From an uncultured Clostridia bacterium (GTDB taxonomy: Bacteria; Bacillota; Clostridia; Christensenellales; Aristaeellaceae): 64,000 nt of DNA. The notes beneath the pieces were generated by a model. The model saw only the letters and a program-made list of their open reading frames with translations, was not told the origin of the DNA and did not search any database. The DNA lies in the NCBI GenBank assembly GCA_937906775.1, contig CALCUD010000025.1, forward strand, positions 9,970-73,969. Reading direction: 5' to 3'. The position numbers and the translations under genes were made by a program. The first letter of the stretch is position 1, and every line of letters starts with the position of its first letter. Shown in pieces: positions 38,096-47,528 of this stretch.

Positions 38096-39556
38096 ATGAA
38101 AAAACGTGTCCTGCTGACCGCGCTGCTGGTTCTCATCCTGGTCGCTTCCTGCGCTGTCGCGTCCGCCGTGTACTATCATGTATCCGGTACTTCATGGGTC
38201 AAGCTTCGTCAGCTCCCCTATACCGACGCGAAGATCCTCGCCAACTACCGCCAGGACTACGCGCTCACCGTATCCAAAAAATACGGCGACTGGAGTTATG
38301 TTAAATTCACAGACGGCCACGAAGGCTATGTGATGAGCAAATATCTCAAATCCACCGCCAGCTACAAAGCATGGATCACTGCGGACAAAACGGCCCTCCG
38401 TTCCGGTCCGGCGACTTCGTTCGCGTCGAAGACCACCCTCAGCAAGGGACTGAAGGTGACGGTGCTCAGTCACGGCACCGCCTGGGACTACGTTTCCACC
38501 ACCGCCGGAAGCGGATATGTCCGGAACAGCTACCTTTCCAAAAAATATGTCGCCCCGACGAAAAAAACCGGCGGCTATACGGCCTATGTCACCAATTCGA
38601 ATACCTCGACCGTCAATGTCCGCAAAGGCGCCGGCAAGGGATATACCGTCATCGGCAAGCTCAAGGTCGGCACGGCCGTCAAGGTCCTCTCGCACGGCAA
38701 AACCTGGGACGAGATTGAGTATAAGAACGGCGTCGGCTATATGATGACCCAGTATCTTTCCAGAAAGAAGCCCGGCCCCACCCCGTCTCCCGCGCCGACC
38801 TTCGCGCCGACTCCGAAGCCGACCGCGTTTGTCCAGTACACCGCCTATGTCACTTCCCCCAACGGAAAGAGCGTGAATTTCCGCAACGGACCCGGAACCG
38901 GCTACGCCAACATCAAACAGCTCAAGGTCGGAAGCAAGGTCACGGTCCTGAAGCATGCCAACGGCACCTGGGATTATATCCAGTACGGCAGCCAGAAGGG
39001 CTATATCATGCATAAGTACCTGAGCCGGACCGTCGTCACCCCGACGCCGGCCCCCAGCACCAAACCCACCGCCAAGCCGACGGCTTCCCCCACGCCATTC
39101 GCGCCCTACACGGCTTATGTCACCTCTGAAGACGGCAGGACCGTCAACCTGCGCACCGGTCCCGGAACCGGCTACGGCACGGTCAAGGCTCTCGGCGTCG
39201 GGACCAGAGTAAACGTCATCGGCTCCGCCGACGGCGGCTGGCGCAAGATCAAGGTCAGCGGCGTCACGGGATATATCATGAACAAATATCTTTCCAGGTC
39301 CCTTGTGACCCCCACCCCGAAGCCCACCAGCAAGCCTACTCCCATCAGCAAGACCTACACCGGCTACATCGTCAGTACCAACGGCGAAGATGTCAATGTA
39401 CGCAAAGGTCCCGGAACCGCCTACACGCATCTGACCCGTCTTCCCATCGGCACGGCCGTCAAGGTCCTGAGCACGAAAGATGGATGGTGCTATATTCAGT
39501 ATCAGAGCATCAAGGGCTACGTCAAAAAGGAGTTCATCAGCAAAACGGCCCCCTGA
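38096..39556 (+). CDS. secreted protein with six bacterial SH3 domains and P/T/K linkers
   Basis: Signal peptide MKKRVLL...ASA; six VN.R.GPG...W....GY....YL-type repeats. Confidence 0.9.
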   Translation: MKKRVLLTALLVLILVASCAVASAVYYHVSGTSWVKLRQLPYTDAKILANYRQDYALTVSKKYGDWSYVKFTDGHEGYVMSKYLKSTASYKAWITADKTALRSGPATSFASKTTLSKGLKVTVLSHGTAWDYVSTTAGSGYVRNSYLSKKYVAPTKKTGGYTAYVTNSNTSTVNVRKGAGKGYTVIGKLKVGTAVKVLSHGKTWDEIEYKNGVGYMMTQYLSRKKPGPTPSPAPTFAPTPKPTAFVQYTAYVTSPNGKSVNFRNGPGTGYANIKQLKVGSKVTVLKHANGTWDYIQYGSQKGYIMHKYLSRTVVTPTPAPSTKPTAKPTASPTPFAPYTAYVTSEDGRTVNLRTGPGTGYGTVKALGVGTRVNVIGSADGGWRKIKVSGVTGYIMNKYLSRSLVTPTPKPTSKPTPISKTYTGYIVSTNGEDVNVRKGPGTAYTHLTRLPIGTAVKVLSTKDGWCYIQYQSIKGYVKKEFISKTAP

Positions 39557-39572
39557 TCCGGACTGTCCTTCC

Positions 39573-39602
39573 AAACGGAGCGGAAACCCCGCTCCGTTTT
39601 TT
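39573..39602 (+). terminator. intrinsic terminator
   Basis: AAACGGAGCGG/CCGCTCCGTTT stem followed by T-tract. Confidence 0.85.
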
Positions 39603-39717
39603 CTATGGATCCGGATGATCCTTCTTTCCCCCGGAAGGCTTTTTTCTTGACTTTCCGGCGGCTCATTCATTACAATATGCATCACACAAGACTGCTATCC
39701 GAAAGGATCCCTGATGA

Positions 39718-40515
39718 ATGGATATGCGTGAAACACTCCGGTCAAAACGTCTGTTCCTGCTCGATATGGACGGCACCCTGTACCTCGGAATGAATCTTTT
39801 TGAAGGAACAAAAGAGTTCCTCCGCGCCGTTCGCGATCTCGGCGGGAATTACCTGTATGTGACGAATAATTCCTCCAGGTCCGTGGACCGGTATGTGGAA
39901 AAGCTGACGAGTCTGGGGATTTCCGCAAAGGCGGACGAGTTTTTCACCTCCACCGACGCCGCGTGTGTTTATCTGAAAAACAGCTGGCGCGGAAAAAAGA
40001 TCTACGCGTTGGGGACCGCTTCCTTCCGGGCCCAGCTTCTGGACGCCGGTTTTCCCGTGACGGATCAGCCGGAGGCGGATGTCGACTGTCTGCTGATGGG
40101 ATACGATACCGAACTGACCTACCGGAAACTGGAGGACGCTTGCATCCTGCTGAACCGCGGGGTGACCTATCTGGCCACCAACCCGGACTGGGTCTGCCCC
40201 ACCGAATACGGCTACGCCCCGGATTGCGGCTCCTTTGCCGAAATGCTCTTCCGTGCGACAGGCCGGCGGCCCTTTTTCATCGGCAAACCCGAGCCCGCCA
40301 TCGCGGAACTGGCCATCCGGAAGGCGGGATACGCCAAAGAGGACGCAGTCCTGATCGGCGACCGGATCTATACCGATATCGCCTGCGGCGTCCGCGCCGG
40401 CATCACCACCGTCCTGGTCCTGAGCGGCGAAACCTCCCGGGAGGACCTGGAAAAAAGCGAGGTCCGGCCGACCTTTGTCTGCGACAGCATATCCGATATC
40501 CGCGATCTGTTATGA
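39718..40515 (+). CDS. HAD-IIA family hydrolase (NagD-like)
   Basis: DMDGTLY, TNNSS, GKP, IGDRIYTDI. Confidence 0.92.
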   Translation: MDMRETLRSKRLFLLDMDGTLYLGMNLFEGTKEFLRAVRDLGGNYLYVTNNSSRSVDRYVEKLTSLGISAKADEFFTSTDAACVYLKNSWRGKKIYALGTASFRAQLLDAGFPVTDQPEADVDCLLMGYDTELTYRKLEDACILLNRGVTYLATNPDWVCPTEYGYAPDCGSFAEMLFRATGRRPFFIGKPEPAIAELAIRKAGYAKEDAVLIGDRIYTDIACGVRAGITTVLVLSGETSREDLEKSEVRPTFVCDSISDIRDLL

Positions 40516-40550
40516 TGACCGGAAGCGGAATACTTCCTCATTTCAAAAAC

Positions 40551-40583
40551 AGCGAAGCCGTTGTCTGCGGCTCCGCTTTTTTT
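40551..40583. terminator. terminator between convergent genes
   Basis: AGCGAAGCCG/CGGCTCCGCT stem followed by T-tract. Confidence 0.7.
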
Positions 40584-42240
40584 ATTCTGAAACAGTCACC
40601 TCGGCGTTGCCGGTCCTCGGATCCCGATGCTCATAATCGAAGATGATCCAGACCGGTTCCTCCCGCTCCGCTCCGGGATCATCCTCCCATACGCGGTAAA
40701 AGAACGGTTCGGCGTGACTGTCACGCCGGGAGGTCCGTTCCCGGATGCTGTCCTTCCACGGCGAAAGATCCCGCGCGAAATCGGGACGGCGCTTGCAGTT
40801 TTCGCGGGCATAGGCGTCGCAGGTAATCAGTTCCCGGTACAGATTTTCCTTTTCGGGATGCCGCTCCGCCGCGAAGCGCAGAAGCAGGTTCAGCTTTTCC
40901 GCGCGGGAGGGCTGATTTTCTTCATAGCCTTCCCTTCTGTAAAAGTCAGCCAGTTCTCCGTAAAAGTCAAACGCGGAGCGGCTCTCCCGGACCAGCAGCG
41001 AAACGGTCCGTTCAAACTGCCGGGAGTTATGAAACATTGCCAGCACGTTTTCAATTCTCTTCAGCTCCAGCAGATCGCCGTAGCTCATCCACCTCGTCTT
41101 CAGGACCTCATAGGGCGGCTCCGAAAGATATTCAAGCCCGTATCCCGCTGCGCGCTCCGCCATGGGCGAACCCTTCAGGACCTTCAGGAATCCCAGTTGG
41201 AGATCCTGGGCGCCCATCGCGTAAACTTCGTTGAAGCTGTTCCGGAATGTCGGCAGATCCTCCTCCGGCAGGCCCGCGATCAGATCCAGATGAAGATGGA
41301 TATTTTTCCCTTCATTCAGCCTCGCGACGACCTGCCGCACCTTTTCGACCTCCATGCGCCGGTCGATGGCAGCCACGGTTTCCGGGTGCGTCGTCTGTAC
41401 GCCGATCTCGAGCTGAAACAGCCCGGGACGGACGCTGTTCAGCAGTTCCAGCTGCTCTTCCGTCATCAGATCCGCCGCGATCTCAAAGTGAAAATTGGTG
41501 ATCCCGTTGTCGTGATCCGACAGATATCGCCAGATCTTCAGAGCCCGGTCCCGGTCGCAGTTGAAGGTCCGGTCGATGAACTTGACCTGCGTCACGCGAT
41601 GATCCAGGAAAAAATCCATTTCCCGGCACACCGTTTCCAGATCCCGGAAGCGGACCGATTTATCGATGGAGGACAGGCAGTAGCTGCACCGGAAGGGACA
41701 GCCGCGGCTGGATTCATAATAGAGGATCCTGTCCCGGAACAGGCTCAGATCATCATAGAAAAAAGGGACCGTGTTCAGATCGGTCAGTTCCCGGGGCGCG
41801 GTAAACCCGTCCCGAAGGCAAAGGCCGGCTATTCCGTTCAGTTCCGGCATTCCCTCTGTCCAGTGACGGCACAGCTCCGCAAAGGTCTGCTCGCCTTCTC
41901 CGATCATGATCCCGCGGAGGGCCGGAAAGTCCCGAAGGATCTCCGCCGCGTCAAAACTGACCTCCGGACCGCCGAGCCACAGCTCCGTCTCCGGCAGGAT
42001 TTTCGGCAGTTCTCTCAAAAGTTCCCGGATCATTTTCCAGTTCCAGATATAACATGAAAAAGCGATCACATCCGGGCGCCGTTCATACAGATCCCGCAGG
42101 ATCTCCTCCGTCCGCTGATTGATCGTATATTCCGCGATATCTGTTACTGCGCGATAATCCTTCGCGTAAGCCCGCAGGCTGTGTACCGCGGGATTGGAAT
42201 GAATGAATTTGGCGTTCACCGCCGTCAGCAAGATCTTCAT
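40582..42240 (-). CDS. B12-binding radical SAM protein (DUF4080-type C-terminus)
   Basis: SCYIWN, LGGPEVS, SRGCPFRCSYC, HLDLIAGLP. Confidence 0.88.
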   Translation of the reverse strand: MKILLTAVNAKFIHSNPAVHSLRAYAKDYRAVTDIAEYTINQRTEEILRDLYERRPDVIAFSCYIWNWKMIRELLRELPKILPETELWLGGPEVSFDAAEILRDFPALRGIMIGEGEQTFAELCRHWTEGMPELNGIAGLCLRDGFTAPRELTDLNTVPFFYDDLSLFRDRILYYESSRGCPFRCSYCLSSIDKSVRFRDLETVCREMDFFLDHRVTQVKFIDRTFNCDRDRALKIWRYLSDHDNGITNFHFEIAADLMTEEQLELLNSVRPGLFQLEIGVQTTHPETVAAIDRRMEVEKVRQVVARLNEGKNIHLHLDLIAGLPEEDLPTFRNSFNEVYAMGAQDLQLGFLKVLKGSPMAERAAGYGLEYLSEPPYEVLKTRWMSYGDLLELKRIENVLAMFHNSRQFERTVSLLVRESRSAFDFYGELADFYRREGYEENQPSRAEKLNLLLRFAAERHPEKENLYRELITCDAYARENCKRRPDFARDLSPWKDSIRERTSRRDSHAEPFFYRVWEDDPGAEREEPVWIIFDYEHRDPRTGNAEVTVSE

Positions 42241-42467
42241 GGCGCTTTGTTTTTCCTCCGGTATCAGAAAGGCCTTCCGCAAGGTCCGGTCCTCCGGAAC
42301 CTATTGTACCTGACTGCGCCGAAGAGTCAACCTTTCCGCAGGAAGAAAAAAGCGGATCTTCTTGCGAAGTCCGCGCATTTCCATGTATAATAGCTTCCGG
42401 AACAACGGCGCGCCGGAACAGCCGTTCCGCGCCGAACGGATTCTGAATGATTCTGAGGTGGATCACC

Positions 42468-42716
42468 ATGAAAAAGAGCGATACCTCCGGGGCCGTAACG
42501 ATCTTCATCGGCGCATTGCTGACCGTCTGCTTCGTCATCGGACTGATCTACAGCAAAAATCCGGGCGCCTTCATCCAGAGCCATCGGATGGATTATGCCT
42601 TTGAAGGCTTTGTCAGCCTGTGCGGGGAATGGTTTATCCCCTGCGGGGTCATCGGGATCCCGATGCTCGTCATTTCTCTGATCGTCTGCCTGGTCAAAGA
42701 AAGCCGGAACAAATGA
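42468..42716 (+). CDS. small two-TM membrane protein (82 aa)
   Basis: GAGGTG RBS; upstream TTGCGA...TATAAT; two hydrophobic segments. Confidence 0.65.
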   Translation: MKKSDTSGAVTIFIGALLTVCFVIGLIYSKNPGAFIQSHRMDYAFEGFVSLCGEWFIPCGVIGIPMLVISLIVCLVKESRNK

Positions 42717-42721
42717 CCCTG

Positions 42722-42829
42722 TCACGCGACCAGGGACAGCAGGATCATCCCCAGCATGCAGCCCGCGGCAAACGCGTAGCAGGCCAGATTGGAGCGTCTT
42801 TTTTCATCTTTCGTCATCGTGATCCACAT
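42722..42829 (-). CDS. 35-aa single-TM peptide
   Basis: AGGAGG RBS before ATG; MWITMTKDEKRRSNLACYAFAAGCMLGMILLSLVA. Confidence 0.55.
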   Translation of the reverse strand: MWITMTKDEKRRSNLACYAFAAGCMLGMILLSLVA

Positions 42830-42878
42830 GGTCCCATCCTCCTGAAAATTTGATCTTTCAAGCCCTTCGGGGATTTTT

Positions 42879-43112
42879 TTATACGGCTTCGCGGATTCTC
42901 CGGTTGTATCCGGTATCGAGGCACATCCAGATCTGCGCTTCCTCGACCGATTCAAAATCCGGAAGGTCGGCCGGCGGGGTCAGTCCCACCCGGTCGTATT
43001 CCGACATGACATACTGCCAGGGGCGCAGCTCCCGGGCGGGGCGTTCCGCGCTTCCGGCAAAAAAGAGCGCGGTATTGATGTTCTTCAGCGTGTTCATATC
43101 CAGTCGCGTCAT
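42879..43112 (-). CDS. small hypothetical protein (77 aa) coupled to repressor
   Basis: ATGA overlap with repressor stop; GAGGGG RBS. Confidence 0.65.
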   Translation of the reverse strand: MTRLDMNTLKNINTALFFAGSAERPARELRPWQYVMSEYDRVGLTPPADLPDFESVEEAQIWMCLDTGYNRRIREAV

Positions 43113-43924
43113 TTTGAACCCCTCTTTCCGGCTGTGTCAGTCTCTTCAAGAATCTTCAGCTGCTTATCGTCAGGAAGCATATCCCCGGTCACCGTACCGA
43201 TCACTTTACCCACCAGCTGCACATCGTTCAGATCGGTGAACTTCATGGTTGCGTACTGCGGATTGTGGGAATGCAGACCGTCTTTCCGGTATTCCTTGAT
43301 GAAGCCTTCGCCCTCCGTGAGGAAGATCCCGATCTCCCCTTCCCGGAGTTCCTTGCAGTGCCGGACCAGAACCTGATCCCCTTCATAGAAGGTCGGCTCC
43401 ATGCTCCGGCCGGAGACCGTGATCACTTCGTCGGCCTGTCCGGCACCTTCGGCCAGGATGAACATCTCTGTTCCCGCGGCTTCGTCCAGCGTCGCGCCGA
43501 AACCGGCGGCCACGCCCAGATCGCTGACCCAGATCTTCCGGAAGCGGCCGAGCGTCGCTTCACGAAGCTGCTGCATGCGGCGGTCGCGGATTGCTTCAGC
43601 CTGCCACAGAAGGACCTGACGGTCTTCCTCTTCCAGGGAGAAAAGCAGCTCCAGCACCTCGCGCTCCTTTTCGGAACGGCTCTCTCTCAGCCCGAAAAAG
43701 CGGTTCAGCGAGATCCGTAATGCGCGGCAGAGAGCGGGGACCGTCGCGAGATCGGGACGCGAATGACCGGTTTCCCACCCGGCGACCGTGTTGCGCGTAA
43801 CGCCGACGCGGGCTGCCAGCTGCTCCTGGTTCATGTCCTGCGCCTTTCTCGCCAAACGGATCATCCCGGCAAAATCAGGCGTCTGCAGCGCGTTCACCGC
43901 CGGTGTGTTTCCCGCCGTTTTCAT
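43109..43924 (-). CDS. XRE-family HTH repressor with S24 autopeptidase domain
   Basis: MNQEQLAARVGVTRNTVAGWETG; cleavage site VAAG; GRSMEP (Ser); FIKEY (Lys). Confidence 0.92.
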   Translation of the reverse strand: MKTAGNTPAVNALQTPDFAGMIRLARKAQDMNQEQLAARVGVTRNTVAGWETGHSRPDLATVPALCRALRISLNRFFGLRESRSEKEREVLELLFSLEEEDRQVLLWQAEAIRDRRMQQLREATLGRFRKIWVSDLGVAAGFGATLDEAAGTEMFILAEGAGQADEVITVSGRSMEPTFYEGDQVLVRHCKELREGEIGIFLTEGEGFIKEYRKDGLHSHNPQYATMKFTDLNDVQLVGKVIGTVTGDMLPDDKQLKILEETDTAGKRGSK

Positions 43925-43940
43925 CGCGTCTCCCCCTCTC

Positions 43941-44010
43941 TGTTGCATACATTAACACATAATGTTGCAATTGTCAACAATTAATATTAAATTTGTTTCA
44001 ATATGTAACA
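43941..44010. promoter_or_regulatory. three 17-bp palindromic operators overlapping the repressor promoter
   Basis: TGTTGCATACATTAACA, TGTTGCAATTGTCAACA, TGTTTCAATATGTAACA; minus-strand TTGACA-17bp-TAATGT. Confidence 0.7.
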
Positions 44011-44132
44011 TTCCTTTCACTATCTTCCCCGCGAATCAACGGGTCCTGACTCTTTCCGTTTCTTCTCATTGCTTCCGCGGAACCGGAAAGCTATAATATG
44101 GTTCAGAAAGAAAAGAACGGAGGTTCCGTCCT

Positions 44133-45560
44133 ATGAATGGTTTGATTCACGGCGCCAATCCCTATCTTCCCCTCTGGGAGCATATTCCGGACGGGGAACC
44201 GCGCACCTTCACCTTCGGCGGTGAAACCCGGGTCTATGTGTACGGCTCCCACGATACGGAGCGCACCCAATACTGCGGCCGGGATTATGTCGTCTGGTCC
44301 GCCCCCGCGGAGGATCTGACAGACTGGACCTGTCACGGCGTCTGCTATACCGCAGCGGATAACAGCGTCCTCTATGCCCCGGATGTTGTACAGAAAGGCG
44401 ATACCTTCTATATGTACGCGGCGGAGCAGAAAGGCTCCGTCATTACGGTCGCCTTGTCGAAAACACCCTGGGGTCCCTTTACGGATCCGGTCAAAACCGA
44501 ACTGGGCTTTGATCCCGGCGTCCTGGTGGATGACGACGGACGCGTATATGCCTACTGGGGCTTCTGCTCCTCCTTCTGCGCCGAACTGAACGAGGATATG
44601 GCCACGATCAAAGAAGGAACGTTCCGCGCCCACGTACTCGGCCACTGCAACAACCTCTGGCCCGGGGATGAGGAGCATATCGACCATAACGACGCCTTTT
44701 TCGAGGCTTCCAGTCCGCGGAAGATCCTGGGCAAATATATCTGGATCTATTCCAAGCGTTACGATCACGATGTGCCGGAGCTAGGCGTCCATGAACCCTG
44801 CAACGGCTTCCTCTCCTACAAATGGAGCGACACCCCGCTGGGCGATTATCATTTCGGAGGGGATATCCACTTCAACGGCGGTGAGATTCTTCCCAGACCG
44901 GACGGAAGCGGCGTCATGACCTACCGTTGGGGAAACAATCACGGATCCCTGACCTGTGTGAACGGTCAATGGTATGTTTTCGGCCACCGCCAGACCGGGA
45001 CCGACGAATACTCCCGGCAGGGGATCCTGGAACCCGTGGACGTCGCGCTCGGCCGCGACGGGACCCCCTACATCGGAAAGATCACCTATGACGAAAACGG
45101 AGAGCCGGTTTCCGCCGGGCCTGTCGAGATGACCTCCCAGGGCGCGCATATCAACGGGCTCGACGCGCGCTCCGTCATTTCCGCCGGATACGCCTGTCAT
45201 GTGTACGGCGGCAGCGAACGGGCGTATATCGCTCCGGTCTACGATCGGAAGGAGGACGTGTCCGCTCCGGTTGTCAATCTGACCGGCGGAGTCACCGTGG
45301 GCTTCCGCTATCTTCAGTTCGGAACGAAGCCGCCGGAGCGTGTCACTGTCCGCGGAAAAGCGGAACAGCCTTACACCGTCAGCGTCCGGATCGACGCGTA
45401 TAACGGCCGGGAGATCGCCCGCGCGGAGATCTCCGCGGGCGAATATGAAAAAACCGCCGGCGTCACCGTCGGCGTGATCGGAAAAAGAGCGGTCTATTTC
45501 GCCTTCCTTTCCGACGCGCAGGGCGTCATCGGCTCCTTTGACCGTTTTCAGTTTGAATAA
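44133..45560 (+). CDS. GH43 glycoside hydrolase with C-terminal CBM6-like domain
   Basis: NPYLP..EHIPDGEP, YAPD, FDPGVLVDDDG, FFEASS, NNHG, GFRYLQF; no signal peptide. Confidence 0.88.
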   Translation: MNGLIHGANPYLPLWEHIPDGEPRTFTFGGETRVYVYGSHDTERTQYCGRDYVVWSAPAEDLTDWTCHGVCYTAADNSVLYAPDVVQKGDTFYMYAAEQKGSVITVALSKTPWGPFTDPVKTELGFDPGVLVDDDGRVYAYWGFCSSFCAELNEDMATIKEGTFRAHVLGHCNNLWPGDEEHIDHNDAFFEASSPRKILGKYIWIYSKRYDHDVPELGVHEPCNGFLSYKWSDTPLGDYHFGGDIHFNGGEILPRPDGSGVMTYRWGNNHGSLTCVNGQWYVFGHRQTGTDEYSRQGILEPVDVALGRDGTPYIGKITYDENGEPVSAGPVEMTSQGAHINGLDARSVISAGYACHVYGGSERAYIAPVYDRKEDVSAPVVNLTGGVTVGFRYLQFGTKPPERVTVRGKAEQPYTVSVRIDAYNGREIARAEISAGEYEKTAGVTVGVIGKRAVYFAFLSDAQGVIGSFDRFQFE

Positions 45561-45576
45561 ATCAGTTCGTTGGAAC

Positions 45577-45610
45577 ACAACGCCCCTCCGTATCTCCGGA
45601 GGGGCATTGT
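45577..45610. terminator. terminator between convergent genes
   Basis: ACAACGCCCCTCCG/CGGAGGGGCATTGT stem. Confidence 0.8.
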
Positions 45611-45628
45611 TCATTGAAATCCGCGCCG

Positions 45629-47017
45629 TCAGTCCGCCGGCGTTTCCTGTACTGACGGCTTCAGGCCACGTCCGAGCTTCATGCGCAGTTTTTTCATCAC
45701 GCTGAAATAGCACGGAATCAGGAAAATGTCCGCCGCGATCCAGGCCGCCGGATTGGCGAAAACAGCCGCGTCGTAACCCCACAGCGGCACCAGCACCATG
45801 CCGAACAGGGCCCGGGCAATCATTTCCAGAACGCCGGCGATCATCGCGACCCGGGTGTATCCCATGCCCTGAATGCTGAGCCGGACGATATTCACCAGCA
45901 GCAGGAAAAAGTACAGGCTGCTGTTCGCCCGCATATACTGGACTGCCATATCCATGATCCGGGTTTCACCGGTATCCAGAAAAACGCTTAGCATATTCCG
46001 GCCGAAGATCCAGATGGCCGCGGTGATCACCGCGGTATAGACCGTTCCGAGGACCGTCGTAGCCAGCAGGCCCCGGTGAACCCGGTCCAATTTGCCCGCG
46101 CCCACGTTCTGGCCGGCATAGGTGGCCATCGTCGTAGCCAGCGCGTCGTACACGCAGGTGCAGAACTGGCTGACCTTTCCGCCCGCGGTCACCGCGGCGA
46201 CGGCGACCGATCCGAGCCCGTTCACGGAGAACTGGAGTACCACCGCGCCCAGCGCGGTGATCGAAAACTGAAGTCCCATCGGGAGTCCGATTCCCAGCAG
46301 ATGCTTCGCATGACGCGCGTCAAAGGCTTTTTCCTGCGGCGTGCTTTTCAGGATCCGGAATTTCTTCATCAGAACCAGAACGCACGCCACCCCGGAGCAG
46401 AGCTGGCTGATGGCGGTCGCGACCGCGGCGCCGACCACGCCCATTTTCAACACCAGAATGAAGAAAAGATCCAGGACCACGTTGATCAGGCTGGCCATGA
46501 TCAGAAAAATGACCGGCGTCCGGCTGTCGCCGAGCGAGCGGAGGATCCCGGCGCCCATGTTATACATCACCGTCACGGGGATCGCCGCGAAAATGATCCG
46601 GATATAGGCAATTGCGTCCCCGATGATATCCTCCGGCGTGTTCATCGCCCGGAGGATCGCCTGACACAGCAGCGCGGTCAGAAGACCCATGAACAGGCTG
46701 ATTCCGGCGCAGAGGCGGACCGCGTGATTCACAAACTTCCGCATTTCGCTGAAGTCGCCCGCGCCGAAGCACTGGGCCACCGGAATGGAGAAACCGGAAC
46801 AGATCCCCATGCAGAGGCCGAGCACCATGAAGTTGACGGATCCCGTGCTTCCCACGGCAGAAAGCTGCCGGGCGCCGAGATAGCGTCCGACAATGGCGGT
46901 ATCCACCACATTGTACAGTTGTTGAAACAGAAAACCGAACAGCAGCGGGAAAGCGAACCCCAACACCAGTTTCATCGGCTTTCCGGCCGTCAGATCCTTT
47001 GTCGCGCCAAGTGCCAT
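45629..47017 (-). CDS. MATE-family efflux transporter
   Basis: QQLYNVVDTAIVG, LRSLGDSRTP, NVVLD, GQNVGAG. Confidence 0.93.
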   Translation of the reverse strand: MALGATKDLTAGKPMKLVLGFAFPLLFGFLFQQLYNVVDTAIVGRYLGARQLSAVGSTGSVNFMVLGLCMGICSGFSIPVAQCFGAGDFSEMRKFVNHAVRLCAGISLFMGLLTALLCQAILRAMNTPEDIIGDAIAYIRIIFAAIPVTVMYNMGAGILRSLGDSRTPVIFLIMASLINVVLDLFFILVLKMGVVGAAVATAISQLCSGVACVLVLMKKFRILKSTPQEKAFDARHAKHLLGIGLPMGLQFSITALGAVVLQFSVNGLGSVAVAAVTAGGKVSQFCTCVYDALATTMATYAGQNVGAGKLDRVHRGLLATTVLGTVYTAVITAAIWIFGRNMLSVFLDTGETRIMDMAVQYMRANSSLYFFLLLVNIVRLSIQGMGYTRVAMIAGVLEMIARALFGMVLVPLWGYDAAVFANPAAWIAADIFLIPCYFSVMKKLRMKLGRGLKPSVQETPAD

Positions 47018-47313
47018 ACACAGCCTCCGGTTCTTATCGTCACGGCGTCCATCATACCACCGGAGCCGGGGTTAATCAATCGTAAATTCCAATCGTATTT
47101 CCGTCAATTCATGCTATGGCGGGCAACGTCAGAACGCCTCCGCCGGATGAAGAAAAGTACGCCGCGATGTGGAAAGAAGATGTTTTTCTGCACGAGCAGT
47201 CGACAAAATGCCGGGACAGCTCATACAACCTATCTGCGCCGGCTTCGTACGGACGGAAAAAACAGCAACACTGAAAAATGAACATGGTTGCTGCCAGGTT
47301 GGTTAGGAAAACG

Positions 47314-47357
47314 ATACAGAGTAATGTGTGTAAAAACATGTTACTCTGTATTTTTTG
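47314..47357 (+). terminator. AT-rich terminator-like hairpin
   Basis: ATACAGAGTAA...TTACTCTGTAT followed by T-tract. Confidence 0.7.
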
Positions 47358-47528
47358 TCGATGTCGATTTATTATGTTATTTATAGTGCCAACAGAATTG
47401 ATTTATTGTGCCATCCGTTATATTAAGCTGAATGAACGGCGATACAGATTTCACTTTTGAATTTTCAGGAGTCGATAGAAACATTGTGTCAAGCAATGGC
47501 ATGATAAATGGTACTGTATTCTCTCCGT

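Noticed and set aside
47355..47382. dif-like site (TTATGTTATTT resembles a XerD arm)
   Set aside because: The would-be XerC arm does not match and there is no dyad symmetry around a 6-bp spacer.
47379..47513. Sigma-54 promoters suggested by TGGCA motifs
   Set aside because: None has TTGC at the -12 position.
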